Shown piece by piece: positions 44,610-53,145 of a stretch of DNA of 64,000 nucleotides. Location: the NCBI GenBank assembly GCA_963765675.1, contig CAVXXK010000001.1, positions 2,208,001 through 2,272,000 of the forward strand, read 5' to 3'. A model generated the notes under the pieces. The model saw only the letters and a program-made list of their open reading frames with translations. It had not been told where the DNA came from and did not search any database. The translations under genes and the position numbers were made by a program. The DNA comes from an uncultured delta proteobacterium (GTDB lineage: Bacteria > Desulfobacterota > Binatia > Binatales > Binataceae). Each line of letters begins with the position of its first letter. The first letter of the stretch is position 1.

Positions 44610-46200
44610 ATGATGCGAGATCCACAAAAGATTCGCGTGATCAGGTCTGCTTCGATCGTGGTCATCGTCGTAGCGCTGGCCGCGATGTTCTTTGTGCGAG
44701 ATCACAATCGTTCCGCGCCGATGCCGAGTCGCGCATCGGCACCCTCTGTGGTCACGTATGAATCCCATGGCCTTCCGGCATTGCCAGAAGAGGCGCCTGC
44801 TACCCTGATAAATCTTCCGAGCTCCGTTCAGGCGGAGCGGGCCGTGGAATCCGACAGCTACAATGCCGCCGTCGTCGCGATTCCGATCTATACCCCGGCG
44901 CGAACCTCAATCAGTCCAATGATCCTTAGCCCGCAGCAACTCGCGGCCGATCTCGCAGCATTTAGTGCGGTCGGAAGCCCAGGCCCAGTGGCTCCCGCAT
45001 CCGGCTCTGGAGTTGCGGCAGGAGCGGCGCTCGCGTCGGCTGCGAACTCGAATCCTGCGGGACTCCAATTACGCACGCCCTCCGGTCCGGCGCCGATGGG
45101 CGCGCACAGAACCGCCGCGGCGGGGCACTCAGGATGGGTGCTGATCGCGGGCGGACAGAGCGGAGGCAAGATTGCGCTGAGCAAGGCCGAGTTGTTTGAT
45201 CCGAACCAGATGGATTTCGTCGCGACCGGTGCGATGCACTCGCCGCGCGCGCATTTTGTGGCGGCGGACTTAAGCGCGGGTCAGACCCTGGTCGCGGGCG
45301 GCGACGACGCGCAGGGGCATGCGATTGCCGAGCGCCGAGTTGTACGATCCGGTTACGGGGATATTTTCCTCGACCGGTGCGATGACGGTGGCCCGCGCCG
45401 GGCACACCGCCACGACGATCTCTGGATGCGGATGTCCGGCGGACGGGAAAATTCTGATTGCGGGTGGACGTTCCACCGACCCAGCCGCGCCTCTCGCCAG
45501 CGCCGAGCTTTACGATCCCACAACCGGCTCCTTCACAGCGACCGGCGCGATGAACCAGGCGCGCGCGTGGCAGACGGCTTCGCTTATCGGATCGGGTACG
45601 CTGGCCGGCGACATCCTGATCGCGGGTGGAGTGGGCGCCAAGGCGGTCGCGCTCGCGTCGGCGGAGATTTACGATCCGCGCACGGGGGTTTTCACCGCGA
45701 CGTCGCCGATGTCCACGGCGCGTGCGTACCAGACCGCGACCTGGCTCGATCCGTCAGTCGTCACCGGGGAGTTCGCCGGACAGATCCTGGTTGCGGGCGG
45801 ATTGACCGAGGACGGCATCAGCGATACTGCCGAAATCTTCGATCCCGCGGGAGAGACCTTCATTCCCGCCGGGACGATGATGGCCGCGCGCGCATACCAG
45901 GCCGCGGTGCTGATGCCCAACGGGGAAGTATTAATCGCCGGAGGGCAGAGCGTCGCCGACGCGTCACTTGCGACCGCGGAGACATTTGATCCGGCCAAAG
46001 GGGCATTCTCGGCGACTGCGCCGATGCGAAGCGTGCACGTCGGCGGGGTTGCCTCGATTCTTCCTGACTCAAGCGTGCTGATCGCGGGCGGACACTCGGA
46101 CAACGCCGAGGTTTACAGTCCCGCCACCGGACAGTTCACGCTCACCGCGGCGATGCCGGTCGACGTAGCATACGCGGCCGGCGCAGTTGTGGGGCAATAG
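44610..46200 (+). CDS. Membrane-anchored Kelch-repeat beta-propeller protein (frameshifted near 45328)
   Basis: N-terminal TM and Pro/Ala linker, then repeated VLIAGG...SAELYDP..G.F..TG.M..AR units spanning ORFs 44484..45989 and 45319..46200. Confidence 0.82.
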
Positions 46201-46207
46201 CGCATGG

Positions 46208-46792
46208 ATGAATCCTGATGAGATGATCGCCGCGGCGTGCGCGCTGGTCGCGCAGCGCAGGGCGAGCCGAGAGCGCGTGTTCGTGGCGATTGACGGATGC
46301 GGCGGCGCGGGAAAATCCACGCTCGCGCGCGGCATTCAGAATTCCATGCCGAACGTCAGTATTGTCCGCACCGATGATTTTTTCCGTCCGCTGCGTCAAC
46401 TCTCAGACACAGCACTCGCGCCCTCCAGGGCATACGAACTCTATTTCTCGTGGGAGCGAATGCGCGACGAGGCGCTCGCGCCGCTGCGCCAGGGCAGGAC
46501 GGTGAGATATCAACGACATGACTGGACGCGCGACGCGCTCGGAGAATGGGTGAGCGTCGAGCCGAACCCAATCGTGATCGTCGAGGGCGTATATTCGAGT
46601 CGTCCCGAACTTCGCGAGCTGCTCGACGCGATCATTTTCATCGACGCCCCACGCGACGTGCGCCGCCGCCGGATGCTCGCGCGAGGTCCTGACAACAGCG
46701 ACTGGATGATACCCTGGATGGCGGCCGAGGACTGGTACCTGGAACACGTCCGGCCGCAGGAATCCGCCGATCTGATTCTCACAAACGAGTAG
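46208..46792 (+). CDS. Uridine kinase-like P-loop kinase
   Basis: VAIDGCGGAGKST, DDFF, VIVEGVY, R...R motif. Confidence 0.85.
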   Translation: MNPDEMIAAACALVAQRRASRERVFVAIDGCGGAGKSTLARGIQNSMPNVSIVRTDDFFRPLRQLSDTALAPSRAYELYFSWERMRDEALAPLRQGRTVRYQRHDWTRDALGEWVSVEPNPIVIVEGVYSSRPELRELLDAIIFIDAPRDVRRRRMLARGPDNSDWMIPWMAAEDWYLEHVRPQESADLILTNE

Positions 46793-46800
46793 CTCGAGAC

Positions 46801-47322
46801 TCACTTTTTCAGCGCGGCGATTACCTGATCCACGATCGCGTCGGCTTTGGCGCGCATCTCTTCGTCGGTCGCGTCCTGGATCGGATGCGGAACGAACACG
46901 CGCCGGACTTCCGGCAATCCCAGCGCCGCGGCCTGCTTTTCCGCCGCGTCGATAAATACGTCCGACGCGATCATCACCGACGGCTTGCGATTAGTCTCGA
47001 ACCATACTGAATCGTGCACACTGCACGTTGTGCATGACCCTCAATCGGCAAGCGCTTCGATAACGAAGTCGCTCTCCTCGGCGATCTGGCGGCGCAATGT
47101 GTCCGGCGCCGGCTTGGTGAAGGTGGGTTTGCGGAAGCGCTTGATCTCGACTCCCGGAAGACGGTCCTCGAGTTGTTCGGCGAGGCGCTGGATCAGCACG
47201 TCGCCGCGCGGCTTGGCAATATCGAGCAGCGCTACGCGGCCGGCAATGTCGCTGCTGCGCGTCGCGAGCGTGCGCCGTAGCGGCACGCGCTCATCAGTCG
47301 GATCGACGATTACCTGTCGCAT
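46801..47322 (-). CDS. UGSC-type selenoprotein (Sec at TGA 47041-47043)
   Basis: ORFs 47041..47322 and 46801..47019 are in the same frame and join through TGA as ALAD-U-GSCTTCSVHD. A SECIS-like hairpin follows. Confidence 0.88.
47013..47027 (-). promoter_or_regulatory. Putative bacterial SECIS hairpin
   Basis: CGUGCA-GUG-UGCACG. The loop starts with G, 19 nt downstream of the UGA. Confidence 0.65.
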
Positions 47323-47347
47323 CGTATTTTCTCCTTGCCCCTGATCC

Positions 47348-48949
47348 TTACAGAACCTCTTCGATTTTGCGGCTCACGCTCGACGATCCCATCGGTCCGG
47401 AAACCCATCCTGCGAACACCGCCGAGAATTTTCCGGCCTCGCCGCCCGCAACGATCATATTAATATACTCCGGACGGCGGAACTTCGGAATTTTCGCCTC
47501 GAGCTGCTCGGGTGTCGGGTTCACCAACCCCAGCGCACGCGGGGACACGCCCTCGGCGCTATCTGCGTCGGGAAGGAGCTCGCGAATCGGCCGCGAAGTC
47601 ACTTCCTGGATGCGCGCGCGCACCTGATCCTTGCTCCATTTCTCGCGCGCGATCGTGTCGGCGTGCTCGGGGCATACCACCAGCAGAACCTCGCCCGCGC
47701 CGTGCTGTTTCGGATGCCAGCAGGCTTCGAGTCCCATTCCGAGCGACCCGACCAGAGCGCGCGCGGTGCGCGAAACCTGGTCCGCAATCTGGCGCGAGCC
47801 GGCTTCGAGCCCGAACACCGTCACCACACTGTCTTCGCGCGCGAAGCCGCGCTCGACGTGCAGGGGTTCCCACGGGCTGCGTTCTTCCCACTCGGCGAAG
47901 CAGGTGGTGAACTTGCCGATCGCGCCCATCGTCGAGCGCTCGATATCACCCGGCCGCGCGCCGCCCAGGTTGCGCAGCACCAGTTTAAGTGCGCGTCCGA
48001 TGGTAGCGTTGGCGCGGGTACCGTAGCCCAGCGCCATCATCGCCATGTTCATGCCGATTCGTTTGCGAATCGGACCGCTCACCACGATCACCGGGGTCGC
48101 GCCCCACGTCGTCGCCATCACGCCATGAATATTGAACTGGTCGGTGCAAACCGCTTCCAGAGCTGCCGTCACGACCGGCAGATACTCGGGACGGCATCCC
48201 GCCATCACGGCGTTGACGGCGATTTTCTCGATCGTTACCGGCGCGAGGTTCGGCGGCGCGATCGCGACCACCTCGCGCGGGTCGCGCCGCGTCCCGGTCA
48301 GCATCCACGCGACGCGTTCGGGGGTCGGCGGCACGACCGGCAGTCCGTCGGTCAATCCGCGCTCGAACATGAATTCGAAGACATCCTCGCCTTCGCCGAG
48401 TTCAATCTGCCGTGCCTGCATCCTCTCGCCGCGCGCCTCGGCCGCGAGACGTTCGGCGATTCCAGGTTCGACTGATCTCGAGCCGCATCCGGCGCGCAGT
48501 TTGGGGATCGTCTCCCAATCCATTTCCGGAGCGGGCTCTCCGGTGAGTTCCGCGAGCTTGGCCGCGAGCGTCTTCCAGTCGTCGCGCGCGAGACCGACGG
48601 ATTCAGAAATAAGAGCGCCGCCGCCGTCGGCCATGATGATGGTCGGCACGGTATCGAGGTCGTAGGCGAATGAAACCGCGAGCGCCGAGTCGTCGAGCAT
48701 CGGGCACGAAAGGGCGAAACGTTCGGCCAGCGCGCGATTTCCCGCAGCCTCTTGCCCGATCGCGAAAATATCGGCCTTCGCGCCAAAAGCGCGATGCATC
48801 TTCTCGATAATCGGAATCGTCGCGACGCAGGTCGGGCAGTCTTCCTTGACGAAGCACAGCAGAGCGGGGCGTCCGGTGGGAAAAGCGCGCTCAGCGCCGT
48901 CGAGCGCGACGAGTTTGAAAGCCGGAATTTTTTCGCCGATCTCAAACAT
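47348..48949 (-). CDS. Thioredoxin-like (CPTC) domain fused to an uncharacterised UGSC-partner domain
   Basis: N-terminal TlpA/AhpC-like FVKEDCPTC, linker GCGS, C-terminal LTDGLPVVPPT, NAVMAGC, RANATIGRA and EWEERSPW. Confidence 0.8.
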   Translation of the reverse strand: MFEIGEKIPAFKLVALDGAERAFPTGRPALLCFVKEDCPTCVATIPIIEKMHRAFGAKADIFAIGQEAAGNRALAERFALSCPMLDDSALAVSFAYDLDTVPTIIMADGGGALISESVGLARDDWKTLAAKLAELTGEPAPEMDWETIPKLRAGCGSRSVEPGIAERLAAEARGERMQARQIELGEGEDVFEFMFERGLTDGLPVVPPTPERVAWMLTGTRRDPREVVAIAPPNLAPVTIEKIAVNAVMAGCRPEYLPVVTAALEAVCTDQFNIHGVMATTWGATPVIVVSGPIRKRIGMNMAMMALGYGTRANATIGRALKLVLRNLGGARPGDIERSTMGAIGKFTTCFAEWEERSPWEPLHVERGFAREDSVVTVFGLEAGSRQIADQVSRTARALVGSLGMGLEACWHPKQHGAGEVLLVVCPEHADTIAREKWSKDQVRARIQEVTSRPIRELLPDADSAEGVSPRALGLVNPTPEQLEAKIPKFRRPEYINMIVAGGEAGKFSAVFAGWVSGPMGSSSVSRKIEEVL

Positions 48950-49013
48950 CAAAGCTATGCCAAGGACACAATGCTCCCGAGACGCCCCGCGCGTCGAGCG
49001 GGCGCGATTCGAT

Positions 49014-50312
49014 TCAATTGGCGGCGGAGACGGGTGCCGCGGGCGTATCCGATCGCTCGAAGCGATGGCGCGAGGGTGAATAGAACGAGACCGACGAGGT
49101 TACTTTGCCGTTCTGGTCGAATCCGCCGGCGATCATGACGTCGCCGTCAGGCAGCAGCGTAGCGGAGTTCAATAGCCGGCCGACGTGGAGTGGGCCCACG
49201 CTTTGGTATTCGCCCGGCGTTCCCGGAGTAAATTCTTCGGCGTCCATCATTCCAACGATCACGTTGCCCTGGATGCGCCATCCTCCGACCACCAGCACGT
49301 TGCCGTTTCCGAGCAGCGTCGCGGTAGCAAGGTAGTGTGGCACGCGCATCGGCGCGGCGGGAAGGAAGGTCAAGGTTTCAGGATCGAAAAATTCCGAGGT
49401 GTCGAGCGGGGTGAAGGAGGCGATGTTTCGCGCGCCCGGTCCGTACAGGACCTTGCCGCTCTTGCCGCCGATGATCAGCGCCTTGCCGGTGTCGAGCAGC
49501 ACCGCGGCGGCGCCGACGCGATCGCTGCGCATGCGATCCGCGATAGCGGTGAAGCGTCCGGTCGTGGGATCAAATATCTCTGCGTTCTGATACGAGATAT
49601 AGCCGCCCGGCATACCGCCGCGTCCCCCGCCCGCGATCAGAACCTTGCCGCTTCCAAGCAACACCGCGACGTGCGCCTCGCGCGGGACAGTCATATGCCC
49701 GGCGGACAACCATCGGCCGGCAGATGGATCGTAAATCTCCGCGCTGTCGATCGTGACCGTCCCGTTGCTGCTGCCGCCGGTGACGAGCACCCGGCCGTCG
49801 CGCAGGAGCGTGGCGGTATGGCCCTCGCGCGCGACCGACATCGGGGCGGTACTGGTAAACGCTCCGCTTGAGGGATCATAGAGCTCGGCGCTCGAGAGTG
49901 CGGTGCGAAAGCCTATATTCCGCTGGCCGCCGACGATCAGCACCTTTCCGCTTTGCAGAACGGTTGCGGTCTGGCCCATCCGCGCGACACTCATCGATCC
50001 GGTCGCCGAGAAAGTCTGCGTTGCGGGATCGAAAATCTCTGCGGAAGAGAGGACGCCGCCGACATTTCCGTTAACAGTGCCTCCGCAAATCAGGACCCGT
50101 CCATCCGTCAGCTCCGCGGCCGCATGGTTAGCGCGCGGCGATGTCATCGCGAGCTCCTGCACCTGATCGCCGAGCGAATTGGTGAACACCACCGGCTGCT
50201 CCGTGATCGGCTCGGTGCATCCTGCGAGCATCGCGAGCGCGGCGAGCGCGAATATTGCGGCTGCGCCGCGCGCAAGAATCATCTTGGCGAGATCTATCCT
50301 GGATACGCGCAT
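49014..50312 (-). CDS. Kelch-repeat beta-propeller lipoprotein
   Basis: Lipobox LAMLAGC and about seven repeats of R..H.A.LL.DG.VL..GG...SAE.YDP. Confidence 0.87.
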   Translation of the reverse strand: MRVSRIDLAKMILARGAAAIFALAALAMLAGCTEPITEQPVVFTNSLGDQVQELAMTSPRANHAAAELTDGRVLICGGTVNGNVGGVLSSAEIFDPATQTFSATGSMSVARMGQTATVLQSGKVLIVGGQRNIGFRTALSSAELYDPSSGAFTSTAPMSVAREGHTATLLRDGRVLVTGGSSNGTVTIDSAEIYDPSAGRWLSAGHMTVPREAHVAVLLGSGKVLIAGGGRGGMPGGYISYQNAEIFDPTTGRFTAIADRMRSDRVGAAAVLLDTGKALIIGGKSGKVLYGPGARNIASFTPLDTSEFFDPETLTFLPAAPMRVPHYLATATLLGNGNVLVVGGWRIQGNVIVGMMDAEEFTPGTPGEYQSVGPLHVGRLLNSATLLPDGDVMIAGGFDQNGKVTSSVSFYSPSRHRFERSDTPAAPVSAAN

Positions 50313-50346
50313 AAGAATCGGAATCCTTTTCTCTACGACGGTTGAG

Positions 50347-50925
50347 CTAGCGCGATTTGAAGCCCCGTGCGAGCGTGTTCATCGCAGCCCGCAGGAACAT
50401 CGCGCCCGGCCAGATTGTATGCTTGCGAACTTCGCCGGAGACCGGGCGGCTCGCGGCAAGATCGATTACCGCCGCTGCGACTCCCGACGGCACTGCGCGG
50501 CTCGCGTGGCTTTCCGCCACGCTCCAGCGCACGCGCAGCTCGCGATCGATGATGAACGACGCGGGGAATGCGATATCGCCCTCGCTATGATTGACGAGAC
50601 CCCACGCGGTGATTGCCTTGCGCTCGGTATCGCACAGAACGTGGAAGGGCAAATTGAGGTCGCGTTTCATTCCGGACGCCTGGTCGATCCGATCCACGGA
50701 AATCGCGGCGAGGTCAGCGCCAACCGCACGGATTTTTTCATACTCGCGCGCATAATCCGCCAACTGGCGAAGGCAGAACGGTCACCAATGCCCTCGGTAG
50801 AAAACCACCACGCAAAATCCGCCCGCCGCGAGCTCACCGAGCCGGCGCGATCTTCCGTCGGTGTCGGGAAGTGCGATATCGGGAACCGTCTCGCCCATCG
50901 CAGGCGGATGCTGCTGCTCGTCCAT
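50347..50925 (-). CDS. Selenocysteine-containing AhpC/TSA (peroxiredoxin-like) protein, UxxC motif (Sec at TGA 50782-50784)
   Basis: ATG 50925 opens MDEQQ..GETVPDIALPDTDG..VVFYRGHW-TGA-PFCLRQL, in frame with ORF 50347..50763 (AISVD, LCD, PASFIID). Confidence 0.88.
50756..50771 (-). promoter_or_regulatory. Putative bacterial SECIS hairpin
   Basis: UUCGCC-AGUU-GGCGGA. The loop begins 16 nt after the UGA, with G at loop position 2. Confidence 0.6.
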
Positions 50926-51104
50926 CGCGCGATTCTATCGGCCACGCGCAACTCTGTCATTATCCAATCTGGCGGATCCGGGGCCTCCAAGCGGACGGGA
51001 TTTGCCGATTGAAGTCGTCGTTCTACCTGCCCCTGGGGCTCGTATCGGCGAGCGGTTTCCCGTCCCAATCCTCGAACCGCTCCTCGATCGTCAAGCCGGT
51101 GGGT

Positions 51105-51569
51105 CTATCGACGCCTGCCAGTTCGTCCGGGTCCGCCAAACCATTCGATGCGTATGCGAAGCGCGGTAGCGGCTTTCGCGAATGTGTCATCGGCGGTGGC
51201 GACGGTATCCGCTCCGATATCGGTCGCGATCGCCAAATGAAGCGCGTCGAGCGTCCGGAGCGGGATTGAGGCGAGACGGATCAGAATATCGCCGGCGCCG
51301 ATGGCGTGCCGATCTTCGAGCGCATGTATCTCGAGGAATCCCTGCGCGATATCGCTTTCGAAGGCTCGTGCCACCCTGTGCTCCGCCGCGGCATCGATGT
51401 CCCGGTTCCGGCGGCGGCGTCCCAGCAGGCACCGCAGCTCGACCATCGTGAGACGGCTGATTGATACCGAGGTCAGGCGTCCCAGGAATCGGTCGAACTC
51501 TTCCGATCCTGCTTCGCGCAGATAGCGTTTGGCCAGAGCGCTGGTGTCGATATAGATGGCGCTGCTCAG
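51105..51569 (-). CDS. vapC: VapC-family PIN-domain toxin
   Basis: IYIDTSALAKRY...E...LRTLDALHLA..ATAD. It needs a CTG start overlapping the antitoxin stop. Confidence 0.88.
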   Translation of the reverse strand: MSSAIYIDTSALAKRYLREAGSEEFDRFLGRLTSVSISRLTMVELRCLLGRRRRNRDIDAAAEHRVARAFESDIAQGFLEIHALEDRHAIGAGDILIRLASIPLRTLDALHLAIATDIGADTVATADDTFAKAATALRIRIEWFGGPGRTGRRR

Positions 51570-51793
51570 CGCCGTTCCCGATCCTGACGAATCAGCGTTT
51601 CACTGGGAACTTTCAATCGCGGCATCGACGCACGCAATTCGCCGCGCGAAGGGATGCCGCGCCGGGATCGCGCGGGCAGGATCCGGGCCAGGGGCCGTCC
51701 TCGGCGGGTGACGACGACCTCACCGGCCTCGGCAACGATCTCGTCAAGGTGCGGGAGCGCGGTCCTCATCTCCCTGATACTCAGTGTCTTCAC
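51566..51793 (-). CDS. Phd/YefM-family antitoxin
   Basis: (V)KTLSIRE...GEVVVTRRGRPLARILP, directly upstream of the PIN gene. Confidence 0.88.
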   Translation of the reverse strand: MKTLSIREMRTALPHLDEIVAEAGEVVVTRRGRPLARILPARSRRGIPSRGELRASMPRLKVPSETLIRQDRERR

Positions 51794-51810
51794 GCGATGC
51801 TCCAGCAATG

Positions 51811-51840
51811 GTGTCACATCTATATTTGATGTGTCACATA
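51811..51840. promoter_or_regulatory. Putative TA operator
   Basis: GTGTCACAT occurs twice at 20-bp spacing, with an inner CACATC-N7-GATGTG palindrome, about 20 bp upstream of the antitoxin start. Confidence 0.65.
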
Positions 51841-51896
51841 CGCCGACTGCGCACAAGCGCTTAGGGGACCGCTTGGGCGTAATCTTTGGATGGGGC

Positions 51897-53132
51897 CTAC
51901 TTGCCGATCACGAACACGCAGCTCGTCGTACCGCTGCCGCCGATATTTAGCATCGCAAATTTCTTCGCGTCTTCGACCTGATACTCGCCCGCGCTGTCGG
52001 TGATCTGGCGATGACAATCCAGCATCTGGCGGACGCCTGTCGCGCCGACCGGATGCCCGGCGCCGATAAGGCCGCCGCTCGGATTGATCGGGCATTTGCC
52101 GCCGAGCTCGATCACGCCGCCCTCGACCGCTTTCCAGGACTCGCCCGGCTTGGTCAGTCCGAAGTGATCGATCGCCATGTATTCGGAGGTGGTGAAACAG
52201 TCGTGGGTCTCGATTCCCGAGAGCTGCTCGACGCCCGCGATTCCGGCGCGCTTGAACGCGTCGATTATCGCGGCGCGCGTATGCGGCAGCACGTAGGCAT
52301 TGTCCCTGCTCTCGGCGACCTTGGCGTCGAACTCGAGCGGGGCGGTGTGATGGCCCCATCCGAGGATGCGCGGAATATCGGAGAGCTGTTTGCCGTTGCG
52401 CTTGGCCCATGCCGCCGCGAATTTCTCCGAGGCGAGGAACACGGCCACCGAGCCGTCGGTCACCTGCGAGCAATCGCTGATCTTGATCCGTCCGCCGATA
52501 ACCGTGTTGAACTTCGATTCGTGCTGCGCGTGGCTCTCGCTCATGAACCAGTTGCGGGTCTGCGCGTTGGGGTTGCGCTTGGCGTTCGAGTAATTCACCG
52601 CCGAGATATGCGCGAGATGCTCGTCCTTCAGGCCGTAGCGCTTGTCGTATTCGTCGCCCAGGCGGCCGAAGAGTTTCGGAAACGGAAATTCAATTCCCTT
52701 GGCCTCGCGCTCGTACCATGCCGCCGTGCCAAGGTAGTCTCCGCCGGTGGTGGAATCGACGGTCTTCATCTGCTCGACGCCGGTCACGCAAGCGAGGTCG
52801 TAGCGGCCCGCCTCGATCTCCGCCGACGCGGCGATAATCGCGATCGAGCCCGAGGCGCACGCGGCCTCGTGGCGCGAGGTGGGAAGTCCGCTGAACGCCG
52901 GGTCGATTTCGACGAAGAACGCGCCGATATGGCCCTGTTTGGCATATAGCTCGGCCGCGAAATTTCCGACGTGCGCGGTCTCAACTTCTTTCGGATCGAT
53001 TTTGGTCGCGGCGAGTCCGCCGAGCACTGCCTCGCGCATCATCGCGACGAAATGCTTTCCTTCCTTGGACCAATTGCGGGCGAAGTCGGTCTGCGCTCCA
53101 CCCAGGATATAAATCGGCGCGGGTTTTGACAT
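51897..53132 (-). CDS. Thiolase (SCP2-type-like acetyl-CoA acyltransferase)
   Basis: HEAACASG, SQVTDG, HDCF, NPSGG..GHPVGATG, LNIGG. Confidence 0.92.
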   Translation of the reverse strand: MSKPAPIYILGGAQTDFARNWSKEGKHFVAMMREAVLGGLAATKIDPKEVETAHVGNFAAELYAKQGHIGAFFVEIDPAFSGLPTSRHEAACASGSIAIIAASAEIEAGRYDLACVTGVEQMKTVDSTTGGDYLGTAAWYEREAKGIEFPFPKLFGRLGDEYDKRYGLKDEHLAHISAVNYSNAKRNPNAQTRNWFMSESHAQHESKFNTVIGGRIKISDCSQVTDGSVAVFLASEKFAAAWAKRNGKQLSDIPRILGWGHHTAPLEFDAKVAESRDNAYVLPHTRAAIIDAFKRAGIAGVEQLSGIETHDCFTTSEYMAIDHFGLTKPGESWKAVEGGVIELGGKCPINPSGGLIGAGHPVGATGVRQMLDCHRQITDSAGEYQVEDAKKFAMLNIGGSGTTSCVFVIGK

Positions 53133-53145
53133 TTTTTCCTCGTCT

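Noticed and set aside
45320-45335. Programmed frameshifting in the Kelch gene (and in the M16 and LLM genes)
   Set aside because: There is no slippery site or stimulatory structure. Three unrelated single-base shifts are better explained by sequencing error.
49014-50312. Kelch lipoprotein as a galactose/glyoxal oxidase-type copper radical oxidase
   Set aside because: It lacks the C-terminal domain carrying the distal His ligand and has no recognisable Tyr-His copper motif.
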